Positions 12,453-22,085 are shown, numbered from the stretch's first letter. The stretch is DNA of 23,672 nucleotides from Candidatus Muiribacteriota bacterium (GCA_051747805.1 JBNJGP010000017.1:12830-36501), one strand, 5' to 3'. Made by a program: numbers and translations. Notes: generated by a model from the letters alone, not told the origin.

Positions 12453-13826
12453 TCAGCTCTCAAGTACAGTTCTTCTAATCTTTTGAAAATCACTTTTATA
12501 CTCATTTTTTTCATTTATAAGTTTTTCAATTTTCTTACAGGCATGAATAACTGTTGTATGATCTTTTTTTCCAAACTCTTTTCCAATATATGGTAATGAC
12601 TTACCGGTTAAATCCCTTGAAATATACATAGCCATCTGTCTGGGAATTACAAACTTTTTATCTCTTTTTGAGCTCATCATATCTTCAAGCTCAATATTAT
12701 AATATTCCGCCACAGCCTTCTGAATTTCATCTATACTGACTTTTTTAACCTTTTCAGAAACGAAATCTTTAATTATAGAACTTATGGAATCTTCATTCAG
12801 GTCTCTTCCAGTGATTGATTTAAAACTTATTACTGTATTAAAAGCCCCCTCAAGATCTCTTATATTTGAAACTACCTTGGAAGCAATAAATTCAATAAGT
12901 TCATAACTTATATCCACGTTCAGTTTTTTAGCTTCCATCTGTAATATTGCCGTCCTTAATTCAAGGTTTGGCTTCTGTATATCTCCAATCAATCCAGCTT
13001 TAAAACGTGATACAAGTCGTTCTTCGAGTTTATCAAGTTTAGAAGGTGGTTTATCAGAAGTTAAAACAATCTGTTTTTTTTCTTCATATAAAACATTAAA
13101 AGTATGAAAAAACTCTTTCTGAGTTTCTTCTTTTCCCGTTAAAAACTGTATATCATCAATAAGAAGTACATCAACTTTTCTATACTTGTCTCTAAACTGA
13201 TTAATTCTATGTGTTTTTAAAGATTCAATAAAATCATTTGTAAATTTTTCAGTTGAAACATAAGATACTTTTTTTGATTTATCTTTATCAAGTATAAAAT
13301 GTCCAATTGCTTGCATTAAATGAGTTTTTCCCAATCCAGAGCCACCATATATAAAGAGCGGGTTATTTTTAGTTCCCGGTTCTCTGGCAACAGAATAACT
13401 GTATGCATGTGCCAACTCATTACTTGAACCAACAACAAAAGCATCAAAAGTATATTTTTCGTTTAATTTCCTTTTCTCCTGCTGATAAGATTCTTCATAA
13501 GAAGAGATGGATTGATTATTTTTTTCTTCTTTGGGCTCAACTTTTGCAATTTTAGTATCTTCGTTAATAAACTTATCATTGTCAATAATCACATTTAAAC
13601 TTTCTATATCTCTATACTCATTATATTTTTTTAATAACTTTAAAACTTTTCTAAGTAACTTATTTTCAATATTATTTTTAGTAAAGTTATCTCTAACATA
13701 AATAGTCAGTTGATTGTCATTTGTTTCCCCTAATATCAACTGCTTGAAAAGAACAGTATGTGGTACCCTCTCAATTTCTGCTTTTATTTGTTGTTCAAAC
13801 ATACTCCACTGTTTCTTTCCAGCCAT
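12453..13826 (-). CDS. dnaA: Chromosomal replication initiator DnaA
   Basis: YTFDAFVVGSSN, NPLFIYGGSGLGKTHL, LLIDDIQFL, RLVSRF, NIRDLEGA, domain IV PRQMAMY and KDHTTVIHA. Confidence 0.99.
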   Translation of the reverse strand: MAGKKQWSMFEQQIKAEIERVPHTVLFKQLILGETNDNQLTIYVRDNFTKNNIENKLLRKVLKLLKKYNEYRDIESLNVIIDNDKFINEDTKIAKVEPKEEKNNQSISSYEESYQQEKRKLNEKYTFDAFVVGSSNELAHAYSYSVAREPGTKNNPLFIYGGSGLGKTHLMQAIGHFILDKDKSKKVSYVSTEKFTNDFIESLKTHRINQFRDKYRKVDVLLIDDIQFLTGKEETQKEFFHTFNVLYEEKKQIVLTSDKPPSKLDKLEERLVSRFKAGLIGDIQKPNLELRTAILQMEAKKLNVDISYELIEFIASKVVSNIRDLEGAFNTVISFKSITGRDLNEDSISSIIKDFVSEKVKKVSIDEIQKAVAEYYNIELEDMMSSKRDKKFVIPRQMAMYISRDLTGKSLPYIGKEFGKKDHTTVIHACKKIEKLINEKNEYKSDFQKIRRTVLES

Positions 13827-13849
13827 AAAAAAACCTTCCTTTTTTTATT

Positions 13850-14113
13850 TTATCCACAATAATATCCACAACTGTGGATAGCTTTTTTCAGCGATTTTTA
13901 CGTCTAATTGGCGTTTTATAGCGATTTTGCTATCCACAAAGGCAAAAATAGTAAGTATAAACGTTTTTTACATAAATATTGAATTTAAAGCTTGTGGATA
14001 AAATTGTATACTTTAAAGTTATAAATTTCAAATTTTTTCTATCCCCTGAATTATCCACAATTAAAATTTTTAATAAAACGTCTACAGATATAACTTTTTT
14101 TTATTTATTCACA
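13850..14113. promoter_or_regulatory. DnaA-box cluster
   Basis: TTATCCACA at 13850-13858 and 14051-14059; TGTGGATAA at 13993-14001; ATATCCACA at 13862-13870; TGTGGATAG at 13873-13881; CTATCCACA at 13930-13938; TTATTCACA at 14105-14113. Confidence 0.92.
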
Positions 14114-14126
14114 GAATAAACAGCTT

Positions 14127-14141
14127 TATTATTACTACTAC
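14127..14141 (+). promoter_or_regulatory. DnaA-trio array (basal unwinding system), followed by an AT-rich tract
   Basis: TAT TAT TAC TAC TAC, 13 bp after the DnaA box at 14105-14113 and a short CAGC, resembling the B. subtilis box/GC/trio arrangement. Confidence 0.7.
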
Positions 14142-14209
14142 ACGTTTAACGTTTTATTTTCATAAAATCAAAAGCTTTTTTTAAAAAAAAATTTATCCGG
14201 GAATAAAAC

Positions 14210-14240
14210 TTGACAAGCATACGTGGTTTCTGGTAAAAAT
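14210..14240 (+). promoter_or_regulatory. Putative sigma70/sigmaA promoter of the rpmH operon
   Basis: Perfect -35 TTGACA at 14210-14215; TG-G-TAAAAAT at 14231-14240 as an imperfect extended -10. Confidence 0.5.
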
Positions 14241-14306
14241 TTAGAACATGAAAAAACTTTATCAGAGTAAAGTTCTGATTTTTATAGAGTTAAAAGGAGT
14301 TAAAAT

Positions 14307-14441
14307 ATGAAAAGGACATTTCAACCAAATAATAGAAAAAGAAAAAAAGATCATGGTTTCAGAAAAAGAATGTCTTCAAAAAGCGGAAGAGCTGTATTAA
14401 AAAGAAGAAGAGCCAGAGGCAGAAATACTTTGAGTGCATAG
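14307..14441 (+). CDS. rpmH: 50S ribosomal protein L34
   Basis: Not in the ORF track (44 aa). [44 protein letters not shown], with RBS AAGGAG upstream. Confidence 0.98.
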   Translation: MKRTFQPNNRKRKKDHGFRKRMSSKSGRAVLKRRRARGRNTLSA

Positions 14442-14444
14442 ATT

Positions 14445-14750
14445 TTGGAAAATTTTTTTAAAATCACAAGAAAAGAAGTAAGTAAACTGCTAAAAAAAGC
14501 AAGGTTCTGTTCTAATAACTTTTTTACAGTCAGAAAAAACAATCATGATGAGCTTAAAGTTGTTATTTCTGTAAAAAAAAAATTTTATAAAAAAGCAGTA
14601 AAAAGAAATAAAATTAAAAGAATTATCAGGGAGATAATAAGAAAGGATTTTAATAAAAAGAAGGGATTTTATCTTATTATAATAAAAGCCAGAAAGGAAA
14701 AAGAGTTAAAATATAAAATCCTTAAAAATAAATTAAATGAATTACTATGA
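14445..14750 (+). CDS. rnpA: Ribonuclease P protein component
   Basis: RNR-like motif [22 protein letters not shown]; sits between rpmH and yidD; TTG start. Confidence 0.85.
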   Translation: MENFFKITRKEVSKLLKKARFCSNNFFTVRKNNHDELKVVISVKKKFYKKAVKRNKIKRIIREIIRKDFNKKKGFYLIIIKARKEKELKYKILKNKLNELL

Positions 14751-14968
14751 ACACTCTTGTTGCAAAAATTTGTATAGTTTTAATAAATTTATATAAAAAA
14801 ATTATCAGTCCATATTTAGGTAATCAATGTCGATTTTATCCTTCATGTTCCTCTTATTCAATTGAGGCTTTCAGAAAGTATGGATTTTTAAAAGGTTCAG
14901 TAAAAGCTATTTTTAGAATAATCAGATGCAATAAATTTTTTAAAGGGGGATATGATCCTGTATTATAA
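14747..14968 (+). CDS. yidD: Membrane protein insertion efficiency factor YidD
   Basis: [29 protein letters not shown]. Confidence 0.95.
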   Translation: MNTLVAKICIVLINLYKKIISPYLGNQCRFYPSCSSYSIEAFRKYGFLKGSVKAIFRIIRCNKFFKGGYDPVL

Positions 14969-16364
14969 AAAAATAATTTTTCTATTTGTAATATTGATTT
15001 GTAATATTCTTACAATGGGCGAGTTTCTTATCCACACAGATAATTGTGAGTTTAACTTTAATTTAAACAAACCTATGATTTCTGAAGGTTTTATAACAAT
15101 ATCATCTGGTATGAGGGAAAAAGTTGCAGAAAATCTGGATTTTTTTGTAATTGGTTCTAAGGAGCTCTCAGAAAACACAGAATTAAATAATCTTGAATAT
15201 AAAAGCGAGGTTATTTCAGAAGAAAGTATAAAATATAAGGCGGAAACAGACAATTTTATAGCTGATATTTTAATAGAATTTATTGATGATAATGGTTTTT
15301 CAATAAATCTTAATATTAAATCAAAAGTACAGAACTTGGATTTAGGCAGATATTTTTTAAGATTAAAACCAGGTCTTTTAGAAAGCCCAGATGCTTATGG
15401 TCAGAGGTCAATTTATTATTTAACAGGAGATTCTCCGGACAAATTTAAACTTAAGGGAAATGATGCTGTAGAAAATATTCCATCTGCAAGATGGGTAACT
15501 TTTACTAATCAGTATTTTGCTCTTTCGGTTTTTAACCGCTCTTTTTCAAATATAGATATAAGTAATTTTTCAAAAGAAATAAACGGTGAAGAGCAGAATA
15601 TGCAACAGATAAGATTTTATTTTCCAGAAATTCAGCTTGAAGAAAATGGTTCCTGGGAAAATGAATTTAAAGGATACTTTGGAGAAAGACTTATAGATAA
15701 ACTCGAAGAACATGGACTTGAAGGACTAATTGACTTAGGTTTTTTCTCAACTTTTGCAAAATTCTTTTTAAGAAGTTTAAAAGCTTTGAACACAATAACA
15801 GGCAGCTGGGGAATCAGTATTTTATTATTAACTCTGATTTTAAGAGTGCTTCTACATCCATTTAACATAAAACAGGCTAAATCCATGGCTGGTATGCAGA
15901 AGATTCAGCCTGAAATTCAAAAAATAAAAGACAAATATAAAGATGAACCTCAAAAGATGAATACTCAGATAATGGAGTTGTATAAAAAACATAATATGAA
16001 TCCTCTTGCAGGATGCCTTCCTATGCTTATACAAATACCAATACTGTTTTCTCTTTTTACAATGCTGAGATCTTCTATTGAAATTAAAGGAGAATCTTTT
16101 TTATGGTTACCGGACCTTTCTCAACCAGACCCTATGTACATACTCCCAGTTCTTATAGCTTTGAGTATGTACTATCAACAGAAAATAACAAAAGTATCTG
16201 ATCCAAAACAGGGGCAGATGATGATGATGATGCCTGTTATAATGCTTGTATTAACTTTGAGTCTGCCTTCAGGAGTTCTTTTATACTGGATGGTGTCAAA
16301 TGTATCGTCATATTTTCAACAACTTTATGTAAACAAACATATTCATAACGGAGGGAATAAATAG
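14952..16364 (+). CDS. yidC: Membrane protein insertase YidC (long form with an extracytoplasmic domain)
   Basis: [54 protein letters not shown]; about 240-aa soluble domain after an N-terminal hydrophobic segment. Confidence 0.95.
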   Translation: MILYYKKIIFLFVILICNILTMGEFLIHTDNCEFNFNLNKPMISEGFITISSGMREKVAENLDFFVIGSKELSENTELNNLEYKSEVISEESIKYKAETDNFIADILIEFIDDNGFSINLNIKSKVQNLDLGRYFLRLKPGLLESPDAYGQRSIYYLTGDSPDKFKLKGNDAVENIPSARWVTFTNQYFALSVFNRSFSNIDISNFSKEINGEEQNMQQIRFYFPEIQLEENGSWENEFKGYFGERLIDKLEEHGLEGLIDLGFFSTFAKFFLRSLKALNTITGSWGISILLLTLILRVLLHPFNIKQAKSMAGMQKIQPEIQKIKDKYKDEPQKMNTQIMELYKKHNMNPLAGCLPMLIQIPILFSLFTMLRSSIEIKGESFLWLPDLSQPDPMYILPVLIALSMYYQQKITKVSDPKQGQMMMMMPVIMLVLTLSLPSGVLLYWMVSNVSSYFQQLYVNKHIHNGGNK

Positions 16365-17009
16365 ATGAAACTTACATGTGAAGGAAAAACAATTGAAGAT
16401 GCAAAAAAAGAGGCAATGAAAAAGCTGGGAATAGTTGATGAAGAACAGATTAATTTTACTATTCTTGAAACTGATTCAAAAGGAATATTTGGATTTGGAA
16501 CAAAAAATGCAGTCGTGGAAGCGCAAATAAAAAAACCCCATGTATATTATGCTAAAAAGTATTTAACAGAACTGCTAAATAAATGGAATTTAAGTAATTA
16601 TGATATAGAGCTAAATGATAAGGGTAAAGAAATAAATTTGAATATTATTGTTCCGATAGAAGTAAAAAGAAGATTGATTGGAAAGTTTGGAAGAACCTTA
16701 AATGCCCTTGAATATCTCGTGAGAATATATGTAAATAATAATTTAACAACGGAAGAAAGACAGAATAAAATTAATTTATATATTGATGTAGAAAATTACA
16801 GAATGGATAAGCTTAGAAAAATCGAAAAACTGGCTGGAAATCTTGCTGAAAAAGTTATTATATCAGGTAAGGATATTGAGATGAAACCAATGAGCTCAAG
16901 AGAAAGAAAGGCAGTACATATGTCCTTTAAAAATGATCCTCATATAGCAACTTATTCTAAAGGAACTGAACCACATAGAAAAATAATACTGTCAACAAAG
17001 AAAAAATGA
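16365..17009 (+). CDS. jag: Jag/EloR/KhpB RNA-binding protein (Jag_N, KH and R3H domains)
   Basis: GKTIEDA...KGIFGFG, KH motif LIGKFGRTLNALEYL, R3H motif PMSSRERKAVH...S.G.EP.R. Confidence 0.93.
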   Translation: MKLTCEGKTIEDAKKEAMKKLGIVDEEQINFTILETDSKGIFGFGTKNAVVEAQIKKPHVYYAKKYLTELLNKWNLSNYDIELNDKGKEINLNIIVPIEVKRRLIGKFGRTLNALEYLVRIYVNNNLTTEERQNKINLYIDVENYRMDKLRKIEKLAGNLAEKVIISGKDIEMKPMSSRERKAVHMSFKNDPHIATYSKGTEPHRKIILSTKKK

Positions 17010-18364
17010 AAAAACTATGGGATACAATAGCTGCACCTGCAACTTCGCCAGTTGGTTCAACAATAGGAATAGTAAGAATTTCGGGTTCTAAAACACTTGA
17101 AATTCTGCATAAAATTTTAGACAAAAAAGTAAAAAATCCAAAAAAAGTTTATATTAGAAAAATAGTTGATAAAGAAAATAATAAAACAGTTGATGAAGGA
17201 ATTGTATTTTTTTTTAAAAAACCATTCAGCTACACTGGCGAAAATATGGCAGAAATTCAATGTCATGGTGGATATATTACGGTTGAAAAAATATATTCAC
17301 TTGTTTTAAAAAACGGGGCAAGGGCCGCTGAAAGAGGAGAGTTTACAAAAAGAGCATTTTTAAATGGCAAAGTAGATTTAACTCAGGCAGAAAGTGTAAA
17401 TTCGTTTATAAAGGCTCAAAATTCATTAATTGCTCAGAATTCATCGAAAATGATGAATGGAATTTTTTCAAAACGTATTAAAAAACTTCGTGAAATTCTT
17501 ATCGAGATAATAGCAAGCTGTGAAGCATGGATTGATTTTCCAGAAGATGATGTAGATGAGATAAGCAGCAAATATCTAACTAATAAATTAAACACAATCT
17601 TTAAACAGCTCAATTTAATGATACAGTCATATTCAATTTATGAAAAACTCACAGCAGGTATTAAAATTGTAATAGTGGGAAGACCAAACACAGGAAAATC
17701 TTCTCTGCTGAATGCGGTTTTAAAAAAAGAAAAGGCAATAGTTACAGAATTTGAAGGAACAACCAGAGATATTGTAGATGAAAAAATTGAAATAAACGGG
17801 TTGCCTGTAACAGTTATTGATACTGCCGGAATAAGAAATTCCGAAAATATAATAGAAAATGAGGGAATTTACCGGACAAAGGATAATTTAAAGAAAGCCG
17901 ATATTGTAATTTTCATGCTGGATAGTTCAGAAAAATTTACTGAAGATGATAAAAAAATAGCAAGTTTAATAGAGAATAAAGAAAAAATAATTGTTTATAA
18001 TAAAATAGACAAGGGTATTTGTGTAAAGGAAGATATTTTAGAAGGAGCAGAAAAAGTTTTATTATCTTTAAAAACTGGAAAAAATTTTGAAGAATTTGAA
18101 AAAATTTTTAAAAATAAATTAAAAGTAAATAACTTTTATGATAATGAAAAATATGATTTCTTTATTGATAATGTAAGGTATCTTGAGGCGCTTCAAAAAG
18201 TAAAATTAATTCTTGAAAAAGTTTATAATAATACAGATATACCATTAACCTTTACTGTAGAAGATTTAAAGGAAGCTTGTGATGAGCTTGGTCTGATAAT
18301 AGGTGAAGTTTATAATGAAGATATACTTGATGTTGTATTTTCTAATTTTTGTATAGGAAAATAG
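17006..18364 (+). CDS. mnmE: tRNA modification GTPase MnmE/TrmE
   Basis: DTIAAPAT, SYTGE, GEFTKRAFLNGK, G1 GRPNTGKSS, GTTRD, DTAG, NKID, C-terminal FCIGK. Confidence 0.97.
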   Translation: MKKLWDTIAAPATSPVGSTIGIVRISGSKTLEILHKILDKKVKNPKKVYIRKIVDKENNKTVDEGIVFFFKKPFSYTGENMAEIQCHGGYITVEKIYSLVLKNGARAAERGEFTKRAFLNGKVDLTQAESVNSFIKAQNSLIAQNSSKMMNGIFSKRIKKLREILIEIIASCEAWIDFPEDDVDEISSKYLTNKLNTIFKQLNLMIQSYSIYEKLTAGIKIVIVGRPNTGKSSLLNAVLKKEKAIVTEFEGTTRDIVDEKIEINGLPVTVIDTAGIRNSENIIENEGIYRTKDNLKKADIVIFMLDSSEKFTEDDKKIASLIENKEKIIVYNKIDKGICVKEDILEGAEKVLLSLKTGKNFEEFEKIFKNKLKVNNFYDNEKYDFFIDNVRYLEALQKVKLILEKVYNNTDIPLTFTVEDLKEACDELGLIIGEVYNEDILDVVFSNFCIGK

Positions 18365-18502
18365 ATACTCCATTTTGTTTTTTTTTTATAAAATGTTAAT
18401 ATAATTAGGTTATTAATATCTATAATTCTAAAATGATTATTTTAAGGAGATTAGATAGTAATTTCTATTATCATGCATAATAAATAATTCGGGAGGAAAA
18501 AC

Positions 18503-20047
18503 ATGTCAACCGGAATTGAAAGGCTAAAAAAAATAAAAGATCAAATAAAATTGGGGGGCGGTGAAAAAAGAATTGAGAAACAGCATAATTCAGGAAAATT
18601 AACCGCAAGAGAAAGAATTAATATATTAGTCGATCCAGGAAGTTTTGTAGAGCTGGATGCTTTTGTAACACATAGATGTACAGATTTTGGGTTAGAAAAC
18701 AAAAAACCATATGGTGATGGTGTTATTACCGGATATGGTACAATAAGCGGAAGATTAATATATGTTTTTGCGCAGGATTTTACTGTTGTGGGTGGAGCAG
18801 TAGGTGAAATGCATGCAAAAAAAATATGTAAATTAATGGATATGGCCGCAAAAAATGGCGCTCCTGTAATTGGCCTTAACGATTCAGGAGGTGCAAAAAT
18901 TCAGGAAGGTGTTATGAGTCTGTGTGGCTATGGAGAAATATTCTATAGAAATTCAAGATACTCAGGTGTTGTTCCTCAAATAGCAGCAATTATGGGACCA
19001 TGTGCTGGTGGGGCTGTATATTCACCAGGGATAATGGATTTTATTTTTATGGTTGAAGATACTTCAAATATGTTTATAACGGGCCCAAATGTTATAAAAA
19101 CTGTTACAAACGAAGAGATTTCCAAAGAAGAACTTGGGGGAGCGAGTGCTCATATGGAAGTATCAGGAGTGTGTCATTTTACTGCTCCAACTGACGAGGA
19201 CTGTCTGGAAAGAATTAAAAAATTATTTTCCTATCTTCCTTCAAATAATATGGAAAATCCACCATTTATTGACTCTGGGGATGATCCGCACCGTCTGGAA
19301 AAAAAGCTGAACTCTATAGTTCCAGAAAATCCAAACAAACCATATTCCATGAAAGAGTTAATTAAGCTGATAGTTGACAGTAAAGATTTTTTTGAAGTTC
19401 AAAAAAAATATTCAGAAAATATTATAATAGGTTTTGCAAGATTAGGCGGAAGAAGTGTTGGAATTATTGCCAATAATCCTCAAGTACTTGCAGGAACATT
19501 AGATGTAGAAGCGAGTATGAAAGGAGCGCGTTTTATACGTTTTTGTGATTCATTTAATATTCCACTCATTACCTTTGTTGATACACCCGGATTTTTACCT
19601 GGTAGAAATCAGGAGCATAATGGTATTATTAAACATGGTGCAAAAATGCTTTATGCTTACAGTGAAGCATGTGTACCAAAACTTACAGTTATTACTAGAA
19701 AAGCCTATGGCGGCGCCTATATTGTGATGTGCTCAAAACATCTCGGGGCAGATTTTAACGTTGCCTGGCCTACTTCAGAAGTTGCAGTTATGGGTCCTAA
19801 TGGAGCAATAAATATTATTTTCAGAAAAGATATGGCAGAAGCAGAAAATCCCGAAGTAAGAAAAGAAGAGCTTATTGGTGAGTACAAAGAAAAATTTGCA
19901 AATCCGTATCTTCCAGCCTCACTTGGATATCTTGATGATATAATTGAGCCTTCAGAAACAAGATGGCGTTTGATTTCTGCACTTGATACTTTAATAGCTA
20001 AAAAAGATGAACTTCCAGCAAAAAAACATGGAAATATACCACTTTAA
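18503..20047 (+). CDS. Acyl-CoA carboxyltransferase subunit (PccB/MmdA family)
   Basis: GKLTARERI, QDFTVVGG, DSGGAKIQEG, GPCAGGAVYSP, DTPGFLPG, RKAYGGAY, C-terminal KKHGNIPL; RBS GGGAGG. Confidence 0.95.
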   Translation: MSTGIERLKKIKDQIKLGGGEKRIEKQHNSGKLTARERINILVDPGSFVELDAFVTHRCTDFGLENKKPYGDGVITGYGTISGRLIYVFAQDFTVVGGAVGEMHAKKICKLMDMAAKNGAPVIGLNDSGGAKIQEGVMSLCGYGEIFYRNSRYSGVVPQIAAIMGPCAGGAVYSPGIMDFIFMVEDTSNMFITGPNVIKTVTNEEISKEELGGASAHMEVSGVCHFTAPTDEDCLERIKKLFSYLPSNNMENPPFIDSGDDPHRLEKKLNSIVPENPNKPYSMKELIKLIVDSKDFFEVQKKYSENIIIGFARLGGRSVGIIANNPQVLAGTLDVEASMKGARFIRFCDSFNIPLITFVDTPGFLPGRNQEHNGIIKHGAKMLYAYSEACVPKLTVITRKAYGGAYIVMCSKHLGADFNVAWPTSEVAVMGPNGAINIIFRKDMAEAENPEVRKEELIGEYKEKFANPYLPASLGYLDDIIEPSETRWRLISALDTLIAKKDELPAKKHGNIPL

Positions 20048-20068
20048 ATTTTAATGGGAGAGCTTAAT

Positions 20069-21562
20069 ATGTATAAAAAAATATTAATAGCCAACAGAGG
20101 AAATATTGCAGTAAATATTATAAAAGCCTGTAGCGAAATGGGAATTCAAACAGTTACTGTTTTTTCTGATGTTGATAAAGAAGGAATCCATACAAGATAT
20201 GCGGATAAAGCATATTATCTTGGAAGAGCAAAGTTTAATGAAGATTATAATAGAGTAGATAAAATAATTGATGTTGCATTAAAAGAAAAAGTAGATGCCG
20301 TTCATCCGGGATTTGGGTTTTTAGCTCAGAATTTTGAGTTTTTAAATCAATGTAAAAGAAATAATATTGATGTAATAGGAGTAGATATAGAAAGTCTGGA
20401 ATTTTTTACAGATAAACTTCAAATAAAAAATAGGGCAGAGGAACTTAAAATTCCTGTTATAAATGGAAAAAAAATAGAGGAAAAAAAAGATTTAAAGAAT
20501 TTTAATTATCCTGTACTGTTAAAACCAGTATGCGGTTTTGCAGGCCGTGGTATTCAATATTGTGAGAATTATGATGAAGCCTGTAAAAAACTTGAGTTTG
20601 CAAGGAGAGAGGCAGAATATCTTTTTGATAATAATGAAATATATGCTGAGGAGTATATAGATAAAGCTTATCTTCTTGAGATTTCTGTAGCCGGGGATGG
20701 AAAAAATAATGTTAGTCTTCCTCTGAGCGATTCCTCATTAAGAAGAAATTTTCAAAAAATTGTTTCTGAATGTCCGGCTGAATATATAGATAAAAAAATA
20801 AGGAAAAAAATTAAAGACTATACTAAAAAACTGGCAAATAATTTAAAAATTAAAAATATTGGTAATTTTGAGTTTATAGTTTATAAAAAAGAAATATTTT
20901 TTCTTGAGTTTAATCCTCGTCTTCCGCTGAATTATGGCGTGCTTGAAATGATTACAGGGTATAATCTTATAAAAGAGCAGATTAATCTTTCATGTTATAA
21001 TAAAATAACGATAGAAGAAAAATCATTTGATAAAATCCAGGCAAATGCCTTTGAGTGCAGAATAAATGCTGAAAATTATTTTAAAAAATTTCAGCCATGC
21101 ACCGGAATTATTAAAAAACTGGTTATTCCTGGCGGAAAAGATGTAAGGGTTGAATTTGATTATTATAATGAGGAAAAAGTAAGCTCCTATTATGATTCTC
21201 AAATTGCAAAAGTTATTGTAAAAACTGCGAGAAGAGAAGAAATGGTTAATAAAATTCGATGGGTTCTTCGTCAGACAAAAATAAAAGGTATTTTTACAAC
21301 ACTTCCTTTTATTTATAATGTTGTTAATACAAAAATGTTCAGGCAGGGAAAAATCGTATCAGATTTTGTTACCCATGTGTTGAAAGAAAGAAAATTTAAA
21401 AAAGTTAGAGAAAAGGAATATATAGCGGCAGTTGTTGCCTCCCTTGCTTTTTATGATGAAGATCAGAAAAGAAAAATCATTCCTAAGCTGAACAAGGAAA
21501 AACGTGAATACAGTCCCTGGAGTTTAATAGGAAGAAAAAAAAGTATAAAAAAATGGGAGTAA
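20069..21562 (+). CDS. Biotin carboxylase homolog with a degenerate active site
   Basis: KILIANRG, HPGFGFL, ECRINAE and YYDSQIAK identify the family; several catalytic motifs are altered (see findings). Start moved to ATG 20069 because GGGAG lies 8 nt upstream (track start 20054). Confidence 0.85.
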   Translation: MYKKILIANRGNIAVNIIKACSEMGIQTVTVFSDVDKEGIHTRYADKAYYLGRAKFNEDYNRVDKIIDVALKEKVDAVHPGFGFLAQNFEFLNQCKRNNIDVIGVDIESLEFFTDKLQIKNRAEELKIPVINGKKIEEKKDLKNFNYPVLLKPVCGFAGRGIQYCENYDEACKKLEFARREAEYLFDNNEIYAEEYIDKAYLLEISVAGDGKNNVSLPLSDSSLRRNFQKIVSECPAEYIDKKIRKKIKDYTKKLANNLKIKNIGNFEFIVYKKEIFFLEFNPRLPLNYGVLEMITGYNLIKEQINLSCYNKITIEEKSFDKIQANAFECRINAENYFKKFQPCTGIIKKLVIPGGKDVRVEFDYYNEEKVSSYYDSQIAKVIVKTARREEMVNKIRWVLRQTKIKGIFTTLPFIYNVVNTKMFRQGKIVSDFVTHVLKERKFKKVREKEYIAAVVASLAFYDEDQKRKIIPKLNKEKREYSPWSLIGRKKSIKKWE

Positions 21563-21566
21563 TAAA

Positions 21567-22085
21567 ATGAAATATAAAATACTTGTAGACGAAAAAGATA
21601 AATTTAAAGTAGAACATGATGAAAATATTCAGCTTGATGGCGTAAATGAGATAAAATGTAATGGTAAAAAACACAAGGTGCATTTTGTTTGTCATGATGA
21701 TGAAAAAGAAATTAAAAGTATGTTTATAGATAATGCATTTTATGATGTTGAAATTAAAAGAAATTCCTCTAGAATGCCTGAAAGTGTTGTAATAAATGGT
21801 CAGAAATATTCTGTGAATATTTTAAAAGCTGGAAGAGACCGATTTATTATTAAAAAAGATAAAAAGGAAAAAAGCGGAAATATAAAGGCAGTTATTCCAG
21901 GAAAAGTTATTAATATTGCCGTAAAGATTGGGGATAAAGTTAGCGAAGGAGACCTTGTTTTAATACTGGAAGCAATGAAGATGGAGAACGAAATAACTGC
22001 TGTTAAAACAGGCACTGTAACCCAGATTTTAATAAGCGAAGGGGAGAATGTTGACAAAGATAAGTTAATGGTAGTTATTGAATGA
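21567..22085 (+). CDS. Biotin carboxyl carrier protein with an N-terminal beta-rich extension
   Basis: Biotinylation motif LEAMKMENEI; A..PGKV...V..GD.V..G in the C-terminal domain. Confidence 0.93.
   Translation: MKYKILVDEKDKFKVEHDENIQLDGVNEIKCNGKKHKVHFVCHDDEKEIKSMFIDNAFYDVEIKRNSSRMPESVVINGQKYSVNILKAGRDRFIIKKDKKEKSGNIKAVIPGKVINIAVKIGDKVSEGDLVLILEAMKMENEITAVKTGTVTQILISEGENVDKDKLMVVIE

Larger units (their letters stand above)
13827..14306. other. Replication origin oriC (dnaA-rpmH intergenic region)
   Basis: At least 7 DnaA boxes, a DnaA-trio-like array and AT-rich tracts; gene orientation flips here (all genes minus on the left, plus on the right). Confidence 0.88.

Noticed and set aside
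16218..16232. (ATG)5 microsatellite in yidC
   Set aside because: Met-rich segments are normal in this part of YidC.
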